Positions 28,790 through 38,670 of a DNA stretch of 61,109 bases are shown in pieces. The stretch's first letter is position 1. Each line of letters begins with the position of its first letter. The notes below the pieces were generated by a model. That model made no database searches, was not told where the DNA came from, and saw nothing but the letters and a program-made list of their open reading frames with translations. This DNA is from Acidobacteriota bacterium (GTDB lineage: Bacteria; Acidobacteriota; UBA6911): positions 1 to 61,109 of the forward strand of contig JAFGAO010000086.1 of the NCBI GenBank assembly GCA_016933615.1, written 5' to 3'. Both the position numbers and the translations under genes were made by a program.

Positions 28790-29329
28790 ATGAACAAGGA
28801 AAACATGTGGAAACCTGCAGTTATCGGCGGTTTGCTCCTGGGAGTTCTCTCTTCCCTGCCCATCCTCAACTGCGCCTGCTGCGCCTGGGTATTGGCAGGC
28901 GGCATTCTGGCGGCATACCTGTACGTGAGAGAATCCGCTCTTGTCGCAACGCTCGGTCAGGGAATGACTCTCGGATTCCTGACGGGAGCGATTGGAACCG
29001 CGGTTATCGCTTTGTTTTCCATACCCTTGATCCTGATGTCTCCCGAGGGCAGCCGCGGGATTGCCGAACAGATCCGGGAGCTGGTGGATCAGGTGCCCGG
29101 TTTCCCGGCCCAAAGCCGCGAAGAAATCGCCGAGCTCACTTCCCGGGAAGGCTTCATGAAGATCGTTTTCTTCACTTCACTCTTTGCCCAGCTGGCGGTC
29201 AACTGCCTGCTGGCGATGCTCGGCGGCGCACTGGGCGTGGCAATTTTCGAAAAGCGGAAACCGGGAGGCCCTCCCGCTCAAACGCCCGATACGCTGCCGC
29301 CGCCACCGCCGGACCAGCTGGACGGCTGA
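28790..29329 (+). CDS. Hypothetical inner-membrane protein (about 4 TM, CACC motif)
   Basis: GGAGG RBS; hydrophobic helices; Pro-rich tail. Confidence 0.8.
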   Translation: MNKENMWKPAVIGGLLLGVLSSLPILNCACCAWVLAGGILAAYLYVRESALVATLGQGMTLGFLTGAIGTAVIALFSIPLILMSPEGSRGIAEQIRELVDQVPGFPAQSREEIAELTSREGFMKIVFFTSLFAQLAVNCLLAMLGGALGVAIFEKRKPGGPPAQTPDTLPPPPPDQLDG

Positions 29330-29335
29330 CACGTT

Positions 29336-30250
29336 TCAGGATTCGGGGAATTTTACCAGCGTCACCCCTGCTGGCGGAATCCAATCCTGAGGCTCGATCT
29401 GGATCGTGGTGTGCCCTATCCCGTATTTATTGCGCATCAACCGGCTCAATTCACTCAAGACGGCGCCCGGATCCTCGTTTCCCTTCAGAACCACGTGGCA
29501 GCTCATCGCGGCCATCCGGGTCGAAATCGACCATACGTGCAGATCGTGAACGGACGCGACGCCGCGGACGCTGCCCAGGTCCTTGAGTATGCTGGATATT
29601 TCGAGATGCCGCGGAGTCGCCTCCAGAAGGATATCCACGCTTTCGCTCACCAGCTTCCAGGAACCGTAAAGCACGAGGGTTCCGACAATCACGGAAACGA
29701 CGGCGTCGGCGCCATACCAATGCCGCCACCAGATCAGGAAGCCGGCCAGGATCGCCCCCACCGACCCGAGCGCGTCCATCAGAACATGCAGGTAGGCGCC
29801 TCGCAGGTTCAGGCTTTCGTTGCGGCTCCGGAAAAGCAGCCTTGCGGTCACAAGGTTCGCCGCGAGACCGGTCGAGGCAACCAGCAGCATCGGAATGCTT
29901 TTTATTTCCGGAGGCACGCGGAAGCGCTGGAAGGCCTCGTAGAAAATATACGACCCTATAAGCACGAGAAATATGCCGTTGGCCAGCGCCGCCAGTATTT
30001 CCGCCCGAAGATATCCGTAGGTCTTTTGATGTGTCGCAGGACGCGCGGACATCCAAAGGGCGAAAAGGCTCAGGCTGAGGGCGCCCAAGTCGGTCAGCAT
30101 GTGCGCGGCATCCGCGATCAGGGCCAGGCTGTTGGAGTATATTCCCCCGGCCACTTCGATGATGAACCAGGCGCCCGTGATCGAAATCGCCTGGATAAGC
30201 CGTTTCTTGCCGCCCTGTCCCACGGAGTGATGCGCATGATTGTGAGTCAT
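29336..30250 (-). CDS. CDF family Zn/Co/Cd exporter (CzcD/ZitB-like)
   Basis: His-rich N-terminus; SLALIADAAHMLTD; TYGYLRAE; HVLMD; HDLHVW; HTTIQIE. Confidence 0.92.
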   Translation of the reverse strand: MTHNHAHHSVGQGGKKRLIQAISITGAWFIIEVAGGIYSNSLALIADAAHMLTDLGALSLSLFALWMSARPATHQKTYGYLRAEILAALANGIFLVLIGSYIFYEAFQRFRVPPEIKSIPMLLVASTGLAANLVTARLLFRSRNESLNLRGAYLHVLMDALGSVGAILAGFLIWWRHWYGADAVVSVIVGTLVLYGSWKLVSESVDILLEATPRHLEISSILKDLGSVRGVASVHDLHVWSISTRMAAMSCHVVLKGNEDPGAVLSELSRLMRNKYGIGHTTIQIEPQDWIPPAGVTLVKFPES

Positions 30251-30455
30251 AGGAAACTCAGTCGATATCCCGTCATAGGCCCACCGCCTGCTCTTATGCA
30301 ATAACACAAAATGGGCGGAATTGAAACAATCTCAAAAGGATTCCCCGGGCCGAGAAAAACCCCCATCCGGAGCCCTGAGAGCATATAATGCATCCCGAAA
30401 CCGGGTTGAACCCGTGGATTCAAAAAATAATTGTGGTCTGACCCAATCCCGTGAA

Positions 30456-31133
30456 ATGAAAGAACCGTCGCTTGTTTATGATCCCGGCCTGGAGCCGCGC
30501 ACCGTACGCGCGGCCGTGATCTGGGGCCTGGGTCTGCCCGGATGCCCGGAGACGGCATCGGCACCGGCCTGCCTGTCCGCGCTTCTGGAACGGGTGCGCG
30601 GCGCGGGTAAAGGATTTCTGCGCCCGGAGCGCAGGGCCGCCGTCCGGAACATGCTCCGCTTCGGGGCCTACAAGCCCTCCGGACGCGGCAAGCCCTCGAG
30701 CGAGTACCTGCTCGCTTCGGCGCTGGAAGGAAACTTCCCTCTCGTCAACGGCCCCGTCGATGCAAACAACGCGGTCAGCCTCGAGTGGGGATATCCCGCC
30801 AGCATTTTCGACCTGGACCTGTGCGGAACCCGCCTGATGCTCAGGCGCGGCATGGCAGGGGAAAATTATATTTTTAACCCTTCGGGCCAGGTCATCGATC
30901 TACAGGATCTGCTTTGCGTCTGCCGCGCCGAGGAAACGGCCTGGCTGCCCTGCGGCAACCCCGTCAAAGACGCCCTTGCCACCAAAACGCGCGCGTCCAC
31001 GCGCGACGTGGTTGCCGTAATTTATGCGCCCGCATCGGAATGCGAAGCGGAAATTGAAGCCGCCGCCCGGCGTTTCGCCGAACTCCTGAGCACGGAATGC
31101 ACCGCCGCCCAAACCGGCTGGACCATCCCATAG
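30456..31133 (+). CDS. B3/B4 (PheRS-beta editing-like) domain protein
   Basis: YKPSGRGKPSSEYL; VNGPVDANNAVSL; start uncertain. Confidence 0.8.
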   Translation: MKEPSLVYDPGLEPRTVRAAVIWGLGLPGCPETASAPACLSALLERVRGAGKGFLRPERRAAVRNMLRFGAYKPSGRGKPSSEYLLASALEGNFPLVNGPVDANNAVSLEWGYPASIFDLDLCGTRLMLRRGMAGENYIFNPSGQVIDLQDLLCVCRAEETAWLPCGNPVKDALATKTRASTRDVVAVIYAPASECEAEIEAAARRFAELLSTECTAAQTGWTIP

Positions 31134-31186
31134 CATAATCGTCCATCTCCCGAGGCGAAGGCTTTGAGCCTGCAACGAAGCAGCTG

Positions 31187-31228
31187 CCTTCAACGCGCAG
31201 CGTCTCACGTGCAACCTGCAACGAGCAG
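31187..31228. repeat. Degenerate heptamer tandem repeat (CGNGCAR-like, x6)
   Basis: ccttcaa cgcgcag cgtctca cgtgcaa cctgcaa cgagcag. Confidence 0.55.
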
Positions 31229-31231
31229 TTT

Positions 31232-33691
31232 TTACAGGAGCGACAGCGGATCGACGTCCACGTGAACGTTGGCGGTGGGGATTTTGTGCCGGTCCAGATA
31301 CGCGAAACAATCGTGAAGCAAGGCGGACATGTCGTAGCCGGGAGGCGACTTTATCAAAATCTGCATCCGGTAATTGCCCCGCAGTTTTTCGATAGGGGCG
31401 CTGGCGGGTCCCAGGATGACGGGCCTCTGCCCGGACGCTTGCGCGCGGACATCGCTTTTTAAAACATCGGCAATGCGCCCGGCGGTGCGGCTCGCCCGGG
31501 CGGAATCCCTGTCTTGCACCAGGATCTGGACCAGGTTCCTGAATGGCGGATACCCCATCAGCCTCCTGAACTCGATCTCGTGGCGATAGAAACCCTCATA
31601 GTCCTGTTCCCTGGAAAATTTCAGGGCGTAGTGTTCCGGATAAAAGGACTGAAGAACGACGCGGCCCGGGGCGGCCCCCCTTCCCGCCCTTCCGGCAACC
31701 TGGATCAGCAGCTGGAAGGTCCGCTCCGCGGACCGGAAATCAGGGAAGGACAGGCCCGCGTCCGCGGATACGACACCCACCAGGGTCACGTCGGGAAAAT
31801 CGTGCCCTTTGGCCAGCATCTGCGTTCCGACCAGAAGGTCCAGTTTCCGTTCCGCGAAACCAAAGAGCGTCTTCCGCATTACGCCGCGCCTGCGCACGGT
31901 ATCCCGGTCCAGGCGGGCGATGCGCGCCTCAGGCAGCAGCGTCCGGAGAATGCTTTCCAGCTGCTCGGTGCCGACTCCGGCGTAATGAATGTAGGGCCCT
32001 CCGCAGTTCGAGCAGGCGGCCGGAGCGGGCTTCTCCAGACCGCAGTAATGGCACACGATGCTGTTGGACTGCTGATGATAGGTCATACTGACGCTGCAGT
32101 CTGAGCACGCGAAGATATGGCCGCAGCTCCGGCACAGGAGCGTGCGCGAATAGCCGCGCCGGTTCAGGAGAACGATTCCCTGTTCCCCCCTCGCCATGCA
32201 GCGCCTGAGCTCCTCCTCCAGGATCTCCGAAACAATGGTGTATTTCCCGCGCGTTCGGAATTCCCGCCCCATATCGACCACCCGGACTTCCGGCATCGGC
32301 CTGGACTCGATCCTTTCGGGAAGATTGAAGAACGCGGCATTTCCCGACCGCGAGGATTCGTGAAAAGTTTCAATGGACGGGGTGGCCGATCCCAGTACCA
32401 GAACTCCCCCGGACTGCCGGATGCGGTGCCAGGCGACTTCCCGGGCGTGATAGCGGGGAGACTCGTCCTGCTTGTAGGAAGCGTCCTGTTCTTCATCGAT
32501 CACGACGAGGCGGAGCTCCTTCAATGGAGCGAAGACGGCGGAACGGGTGCCGACCACGACGCGCGCCTCCGCAAGACGGATACGGTTCCACTGATCGAAC
32601 CTCTCTCCCGCCGACAGCCCGCTGTGAAGCAGCGAGACCAGCCCCGGGAAGCGCGAGACGACGATCCGGCTGAGCAGGGGGGTCAGCCCGATTTCCGGAA
32701 CCAGGAACAGCGCCGTGCCTCCCTGGCCGAGGGCTTCCTCCATGAGGCGCAGGTAAACCTCCGTCTTCCCGCTCCCCGTTACACCGTGGATCAGGCAGCG
32801 CGAAGCTTTCCTTCCGCGGATCATGTCCGAGATCCGGATCACAAGTTCCCTCTGGGAGGCTGTCAGAACGAACGCATCCCGCGCCTTGCTTTCGGACAGC
32901 TCGGCTGGGGTGCGCTGGATTTGCGCGGGGGCGATCTCGACCACGCCCTTTCTTTCGAGAACCTTTGCGACAGCATAGGAACATTTCGAAGCTTCAAGGA
33001 ACTCCCCCAGAATCACCGGAGCCTTGAAGGATTCCAGGGCGGAGACAAGACGGGCCTGCGCCGGCGTGAGGGAACCGGAATCCCTTTCGCGGGGCAGCAG
33101 GCGGATTCCCAGGCGCTCCTTGGATTTCACGCGCGGCTGATCCATATGCACATCCGCCCGGACCCAGCCGGCCGCGATCAGGGCCTCGATCCAGGCCTGG
33201 GCGCCGCGGACGGAAGACCGTAAAACCAGTTCGCGCACCGTCAGAGGCTGTTTTCCCGCCAGGGCGTCCAGAACGGCGTTTTCCCCGGCATTGAGCCCCG
33301 GGGGCCTGAGTCCTCCGGCAAGCAGGTTGGCCGCCTTCGGCGTCAGCGATACTTTCCGTGCGCCCGAAACCTGCGTGCCCGCCGGGAAAAGAGCCCGGAA
33401 AACCTCCCCCGGGGGAGCGAAATAATAGCGCGCCACCCACAGGGCCGTTTCCACCAGGGACTCCGGAATGGACGGTTGCGTTTCCAGCAATTCCTGAACC
33501 GGGCGCAGCCGGATCCCGCCGGCTTCCGCCTTTGCAGGCAGACCCGCGACATACCCGGTCAGGACTTTAGAACCGAACGGGACGAGAACGCGCATCCCCA
33601 CGCGTATTCTGTCCCTAAATGCGGCGGGTACGGAGTAGGAGAAGGTTTTGCGGACTCCAACCGGTACGGCGATCTCGACAATCTCAGGCAT
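31232..33691 (-). CDS. priA: Primosomal protein N'
   Basis: GVTGSGKTEVY; IDEEQD; NRRGY; four CxxC pairs; GTQMLAKGHDF; QVAGRAGR. Confidence 0.96.
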   Translation of the reverse strand: MPEIVEIAVPVGVRKTFSYSVPAAFRDRIRVGMRVLVPFGSKVLTGYVAGLPAKAEAGGIRLRPVQELLETQPSIPESLVETALWVARYYFAPPGEVFRALFPAGTQVSGARKVSLTPKAANLLAGGLRPPGLNAGENAVLDALAGKQPLTVRELVLRSSVRGAQAWIEALIAAGWVRADVHMDQPRVKSKERLGIRLLPRERDSGSLTPAQARLVSALESFKAPVILGEFLEASKCSYAVAKVLERKGVVEIAPAQIQRTPAELSESKARDAFVLTASQRELVIRISDMIRGRKASRCLIHGVTGSGKTEVYLRLMEEALGQGGTALFLVPEIGLTPLLSRIVVSRFPGLVSLLHSGLSAGERFDQWNRIRLAEARVVVGTRSAVFAPLKELRLVVIDEEQDASYKQDESPRYHAREVAWHRIRQSGGVLVLGSATPSIETFHESSRSGNAAFFNLPERIESRPMPEVRVVDMGREFRTRGKYTIVSEILEEELRRCMARGEQGIVLLNRRGYSRTLLCRSCGHIFACSDCSVSMTYHQQSNSIVCHYCGLEKPAPAACSNCGGPYIHYAGVGTEQLESILRTLLPEARIARLDRDTVRRRGVMRKTLFGFAERKLDLLVGTQMLAKGHDFPDVTLVGVVSADAGLSFPDFRSAERTFQLLIQVAGRAGRGAAPGRVVLQSFYPEHYALKFSREQDYEGFYRHEIEFRRLMGYPPFRNLVQILVQDRDSARASRTAGRIADVLKSDVRAQASGQRPVILGPASAPIEKLRGNYRMQILIKSPPGYDMSALLHDCFAYLDRHKIPTANVHVDVDPLSLL

Positions 33692-33704
33692 TGTTTCCAA
33701 CAAA

Positions 33705-34457
33705 TCATGACAACGAGGCGATGTAATCGCGAACCGTCTGCATATCCTCCCAAACCTTGCGCTTTTCGTTCGGGTTTCTGAGCAGGTAGGCGGGATGAAA
33801 CGTGGCTATAAGTTTCGCCCCCCTGTAGTCGATCAGATGCCCGCGCAGGCGGGATATGGCCTCGTTGCTCCTAAGAAGGGTTTTGGCACTGAAGGCTCCC
33901 AGGGCGCAGATCACTTTCGGCTTCACCGAGGCGATCTGACGGAAAAGGAACTTTTCGCAGGCGGCGATCTCGTCCGGCTCCGGATTCCTGTTTCCGGGCG
34001 GCCGGCATTTCAGGATATTGCAGATAAAAACTTCCTCACGGCGCATGCCGATCGCTTGGATGATTTTCGTGAGCAGCTGCCCCGCACGTCCCACAAACGG
34101 CAAGCCCTGCTCGTCTTCATCGGCGCCCGGGGCTTCGCCCACGAACATGAGGTCCGCATTGGGGTTGCCGGCGCCGAAGACGATGTTCTTCCGCGTCGGA
34201 GAAAGCTTGCACAGCCTGCAGTCCTTCAAATCGGCCCGGATGGTTTCGAGGTCTTCGGAAATCGCCGTTTCCGGGAATAGGGCCGTCTTCGCGGCGGCTG
34301 CAGCCACGGGAGAGTGCGGGGCAATCCGGCGCGCTTCTTTTCGAACGGCGGCGGGATCATCGATCTTTTCCGGGGCGCGCACCCAGCGGACCCCCAGGTC
34401 GCTGTAGAGCTTCAGATGATCCCGAATCCGGCCGGCCAGTTCTTTCTTCGTGTTCAT
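33705..34457 (-). CDS. udg: Uracil-DNA glycosylase family 4 ([4Fe-4S])
   Basis: CRLC; GEAPG; FVGRAG; KCRPP.NR.P; HPAYLLR. Confidence 0.92.
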   Translation of the reverse strand: MNTKKELAGRIRDHLKLYSDLGVRWVRAPEKIDDPAAVRKEARRIAPHSPVAAAAAKTALFPETAISEDLETIRADLKDCRLCKLSPTRKNIVFGAGNPNADLMFVGEAPGADEDEQGLPFVGRAGQLLTKIIQAIGMRREEVFICNILKCRPPGNRNPEPDEIAACEKFLFRQIASVKPKVICALGAFSAKTLLRSNEAISRLRGHLIDYRGAKLIATFHPAYLLRNPNEKRKVWEDMQTVRDYIASLS

Positions 34458-35344
34458 GCACCGAGCTCCAGTTGGTCGAGTATACGGTCGTCGTTGCGCC
34501 AGTTCCGTGCCGTGCGGACCTGCAGTCCCAGGTGGACCTTGCAGCCCAGCTGCTTTTCCAGCTCTTCGCGCGCGGCGATGCCGACATCGCGCAGATTGGA
34601 TGCACCGGAGCCGAGGACGATTCCCTGCTGGGACTTTTTCTCCACCAGTATATCCGCTTCTATCGTAACCCGGTTCTTTTTTTCACGCCCGCTTTCGTCG
34701 AATTTGCGTATCAGCACGGCGCAGGCGTAGGGCAACTCCTGACGGACCCTTTCCAGAAGCTTTTCGCGAATGAACTCCGCGGCCAGGAACCGTTCCGTCC
34801 GGTCGGTCACAAAGTCGGAATCGTACAGAGGCTCCCCATCGGGAAGACAGCCGAAAATTTTGCTTCGCAGAAGGTCGATATTCTCCCCCGTGCGTGCCGA
34901 TATCGGGATGATTTCCAGAAAGTCGTAGGCGGCGCCGTAATGCCGCATGGTTGGAAGAAGTCTGGCCTTTGCGATCCTGTCGATTTTATTGAGCAGCAGC
35001 ATGGCGCGCAGACGCGCTTTCTTTATGGTTTCCAGTACGAAATTCTCGCCGCTGCCGAAACTGATGGATGCATCCACAACCACGAGCGCCAGATCCACCG
35101 TTTTCAGCTCACCATAGACCGTGCGCATCATCCGTTTGTTCATCCCATACGCCGGTTTATGGATGCCGGGGGTGTCCACGAAAACAATCTGCCCGCGGTC
35201 TTCCGTAGCGATTCCGAGAATGCGATGCCGTGTGGTCTGGGGCCTGGAGGAAACAATGGATATCCTCTGGCCCACGAGCGCGTTGAGCAGGGTGGATTTC
35301 CCGGAATTGGGCCGGCCCAGAATGACTGCGGTGCCTGATTTCAT
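34454..35344 (-). CDS. era: GTPase Era
   Basis: GRPNSGKSTL; PQTTR; DTPG; NKID; KH domain. Confidence 0.95.
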   Translation of the reverse strand: MKSGTAVILGRPNSGKSTLLNALVGQRISIVSSRPQTTRHRILGIATEDRGQIVFVDTPGIHKPAYGMNKRMMRTVYGELKTVDLALVVVDASISFGSGENFVLETIKKARLRAMLLLNKIDRIAKARLLPTMRHYGAAYDFLEIIPISARTGENIDLLRSKIFGCLPDGEPLYDSDFVTDRTERFLAAEFIREKLLERVRQELPYACAVLIRKFDESGREKKNRVTIEADILVEKKSQQGIVLGSGASNLRDVGIAAREELEKQLGCKVHLGLQVRTARNWRNDDRILDQLELGA

Positions 35345-35360
35345 GATAAAAACGGTTTAA

Positions 35361-35399
35361 GGGCTCGCGCAAAAATAATTCCACATTCTGCGCGAGCCC
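35361..35399. mobile_element. ~40-bp MITE-like palindromic element, copy 1
   Basis: GGGCTCGCGCA...TGCGCGAGCCC; flanks TAA/CAA; homologous to 47986-48025. Confidence 0.6.
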
Positions 35400-35443
35400 C
35401 AAGGTCCAAAGTCGAAGGCTGAAAATCGGATAGGCGCACTGTT

Positions 35444-36628
35444 TCAGACCTTTGGCTTTCGGTTTTCGGCTATTATGTCCAAAATTCGATCCGCAATTGC
35501 GTGCTTTGGTTGATCCCTGAGGATTTCAGGATCTCCGGCGGGTTTTAAAATATGTACGGTGGAAGTATCCGACCCGAACACGCCGCAGGAAACGTCGTTG
35601 GCAACCAGGACATCCAGGTTTTTCCGCTTCATCTTGTTCCGCGCCGACTCGAGCAGCCGCTCGGTTTCGGCCGCGAATCCGACCAGCATCTGCCGCTTCT
35701 TCTGTTTCCCGAGCAGTTCCAGGATGTCGTCGGTGGGAACCAGGTGAAGGCCCACTTCCGCCTTCTTTTTCTTAAGCTTCTGCCCGGCAGCCTTGAAGGG
35801 GCGGTAATCAGCCACGGCGGCGGCCTTAACCACCACATCCATATCGGGGTACAGCTTCAATACGGCGTCTTTCATCTCGGCGGCGGAACGAACCGGGATG
35901 AACCGGACTCCCCAGGGGGCCTGCAAATATGTGGGACCGGACACCAGGACAACCTCCGCTCCGCGCCGCCGGGCGGCTTCGGCCACGGCATAGCCCATTT
36001 TCCCGGAACTGCGGTTGGAAAGGAACCGGACGGGATCGATGTCTTCGATGGTCGGCCCGGCGGTGACCAGGATCTTCAATCCGGCCAGGGAGCCGTCCGC
36101 CTTCAAAGCTTCCAGGATCCGGGCTACGATCGTTTCCACTTCCGCCAGGCGCCCCTTCCCTTCCGCCCGGCAGGCCAGCTGCCCCTCGGCGGGATCGACA
36201 AAGAGATGCCCGCGCTCCTTTAAAATCGCCACGTTGGCGCAGACGGCCGGATGGCGCCACATCTCGACATTCATTGCCGGCGCGATTAAAACAGGGGCCG
36301 GGGTTGAAAGATAGAGAGTGGAAAGAAAGTCGTCCGCGATCCCGTGCGCGAACTTGCCCAGGATGTTGGCCGTTGCCGGCACCACCGCGAGCAGTTGAAT
36401 CGACTGCGCGACGCTGATATGCAGGATGTCCCTGTTCTTCCCGCGCGGGAACATTTCGGTTATGACATCCATGCAGGACAGGGCTTCGAACGTGAGCGGG
36501 GTTACGAATTCCGCGGCCGAACGTGTGAGCAGGACCTGAACGGACACGCCCGCCTTCTGGAGGCCCCGCATGACTTCGATGGCCTTATAGGCGGCGATGC
36601 AACCCGTGACACCCAGAGCGACTTTCAT
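35444..36628 (-). CDS. coaBC: Phosphopantothenoylcysteine decarboxylase/ligase
   Basis: GCIAAYKA; APAMN; TAGPT.E.IDPVRFLSNRSSGKMG; AAVADY; GFAAET. Confidence 0.96.
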   Translation of the reverse strand: MKVALGVTGCIAAYKAIEVMRGLQKAGVSVQVLLTRSAAEFVTPLTFEALSCMDVITEMFPRGKNRDILHISVAQSIQLLAVVPATANILGKFAHGIADDFLSTLYLSTPAPVLIAPAMNVEMWRHPAVCANVAILKERGHLFVDPAEGQLACRAEGKGRLAEVETIVARILEALKADGSLAGLKILVTAGPTIEDIDPVRFLSNRSSGKMGYAVAEAARRRGAEVVLVSGPTYLQAPWGVRFIPVRSAAEMKDAVLKLYPDMDVVVKAAAVADYRPFKAAGQKLKKKKAEVGLHLVPTDDILELLGKQKKRQMLVGFAAETERLLESARNKMKRKNLDVLVANDVSCGVFGSDTSTVHILKPAGDPEILRDQPKHAIADRILDIIAENRKPKV

Positions 36629-36636
36629 GGCGTTTC

Positions 36637-36840
36637 CTAGGGGTGATCCGCGGGATCCGGCGGCGTCTCGATCTTGAAACTGAGCACGTCTTCTTGCAGC
36701 TCCTTCATTGCAATGAACGCCGGTTTGGTGGACTTCGTCTTGATTTTGGGCTTTGCGTTGTTCTGTAACTGCTTCGCCCTCTCGGCGGCAAGGATAATAA
36801 ATCGGTATTTCGACCCTATTTTCTCAGGGATTTTCTGCAT
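36637..36840 (-). CDS. rpoZ: RNA polymerase omega subunit
   Basis: SKYRFIILAAERAKQL..KP..IAMKE; lies between gmk and coaBC. Confidence 0.9.
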   Translation of the reverse strand: MQKIPEKIGSKYRFIILAAERAKQLQNNAKPKIKTKSTKPAFIAMKELQEDVLSFKIETPPDPADHP

Positions 36841-37456
36841 CCGTTCCTCCAAAAGTAGCCAACACGGATTTTGCCGACTCCATTCTCGATTCCCTGCGGC
36901 ACCGGTTGCCCGATATGACGGCTTCGAGCTCCCGGATCGAGTCGCCAAGATCCCGGTTGACAATCAGATAATCGTATTCATGATAGCGGCGGATTTCACT
37001 GCACGCCCTCTTAAGGCGCTGCCGGATCACAAGGCCTTCGTCCAGGCTCCGGCGCTCGAGGCGTTCGCGCAGAACGTCGTACGAAGGGGGCAGCACAAAA
37101 ACGGAAACCGTGTCGGGTCGTTTGCGGCGAATAGTCTCCGCCCCCTGGACGTCTATATCCAGGATGACATCCTCCCCCTGCACAAGAAGGTCATCCACGA
37201 ATTTCCTGGAGGTCCCGTAATAATTATCGTGAACTTCAGCCCACTCAAGCAGGGCATCTTCCTGGATCAGGGATTGAAACGCATCCCTGTCCACGAAAAA
37301 GTACTCTATGCCGTCCCGCTCCGTGCCGCGAGGCGCGCGCGTAGTGTAGGAAACCGAGAATCGTATATGCGCCAGAGTACCCAAAACCCCGGCCACCAGG
37401 GCGGATTTGCCGGCTCCGGACGGTCCCGATACAATGATAAGATTGCCACGGCTCAT
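36824..37456 (-). CDS. gmk: Guanylate kinase
   Basis: SGPSGAGKS; SYTTRAPR; YYGT; LDIDVQG. Confidence 0.96.
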   Translation of the reverse strand: MSRGNLIIVSGPSGAGKSALVAGVLGTLAHIRFSVSYTTRAPRGTERDGIEYFFVDRDAFQSLIQEDALLEWAEVHDNYYGTSRKFVDDLLVQGEDVILDIDVQGAETIRRKRPDTVSVFVLPPSYDVLRERLERRSLDEGLVIRQRLKRACSEIRRYHEYDYLIVNRDLGDSIRELEAVISGNRCRRESRMESAKSVLATFGGTDAENP

Positions 37457-37460
37457 CGGA

Positions 37461-38342
37461 TTACTCAACGTTCTGAACCTGTTCGCGCAATTTTTCGATC
37501 TCGGTCTTGATCGCGATAGCGTGGTTTGCGATCTCGAGGCTGCCCGACTTGGAAAGAATTGTGTTGGTTTCGCGATGGAGCTCCTGCAGCAGGAAATCCA
37601 GCTTTTTCCCGGTTTTCTCTTCGGCGTCGACGAGCGAACGGTACTGTGCGATGTGACTCTTCAGACGGGCGATCTCTTCCGAAATATCGGCTTTGTCGGC
37701 AAGCAGCGCCGCCTCCTGGGCCAACCTCTGCGGATCCACTCCTCCCCCGGCCGGTGGAAGCAGCTGTTCGAGTCTGGCCTGCAGCTTTTGCAAAGTTTCG
37801 GCTGCGGACGCTGCGCTTAACTCCCGAATCCGCGCCGCATCCTGTTCGATGACACCGAGATGGCCCAGCATGACCGTCCGGAGCGAATCCCCCTCGTGCC
37901 GGCGCATATGAAGCACACTTTCGAGCGCCTTTTCAATGCAGGCAAAGGTTAGTTCGGAAACAATTCCTGGTGCTTCGGACAACAGATCCCTGTTTTGCAG
38001 GATACCGGGTAAACTTAAAATTGCCTTAATATCCAGATCCCCCTGGATCTTATAGTTTTCCTTTAACTTTTGGCCCGCTTCCAAAAACCCCCTGACAAGG
38101 CCTTCATTGACGAGGAATTCGGTCGGCCCCGTATTCTGAATAGACAGACTGATTTCGACTCGTCCCCGGTCCAAAACCTTTCGGACCGCTCTCTGAATTT
38201 CTCCCTCCAGAACTAGATATTCGCGCGGGACCCGCACGTGAAGATCCAGAAAACGATGATTCACGGTCCGGATTTCAACCGAAACCGCGATGTCATCTTT
38301 CTGGGCGGAAGCCGCTCCATATCCGGTCATGCTCAGAATCAT
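37461..38342 (-). CDS. yicC: YicC/YloC family endoribonuclease
   Basis: SMTGYG; VNHRFLD; DISEEIARL.SH; KKLDFLLQELHRETNT; REQVQNVE. Confidence 0.94.
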   Translation of the reverse strand: MILSMTGYGAASAQKDDIAVSVEIRTVNHRFLDLHVRVPREYLVLEGEIQRAVRKVLDRGRVEISLSIQNTGPTEFLVNEGLVRGFLEAGQKLKENYKIQGDLDIKAILSLPGILQNRDLLSEAPGIVSELTFACIEKALESVLHMRRHEGDSLRTVMLGHLGVIEQDAARIRELSAASAAETLQKLQARLEQLLPPAGGGVDPQRLAQEAALLADKADISEEIARLKSHIAQYRSLVDAEEKTGKKLDFLLQELHRETNTILSKSGSLEIANHAIAIKTEIEKLREQVQNVE

Positions 38343-38439
38343 AGGCGCCCCAAACGGATCGTGCGACCGAAATTTCCTCTGCATTTCCATCCGGCGGGAA
38401 TGGAAACAAAAGGTGAAGTCCGTGTTTAAAAATCTTATT

Positions 38440-38468
38440 ACTTTAACGCCATCAAAGTTTTACGTCAA
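38440..38468 (-). promoter_or_regulatory. Sigma70 promoter of the yicC-gmk operon
   Basis: TTGACG-17 nt-TAAAGT. Confidence 0.6.
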
Positions 38469-38670
38469 GATCAACCTTGTTTCTCCCAATTTCATTTCCC
38501 TGAATTCCGGATTCTCCTGGAAACCGTCCGGACGCCCATGGATTTATGGAGGGATTTCTTTTGCAGGAATATTTTGAGATTTTTACACAAATCCTCACCG
38601 GGCAATTCGATTTCCTGAATTCTTTTACAAAACAATCTCCGGTATGTGAAATTCTTTGATGGAGGGGTGT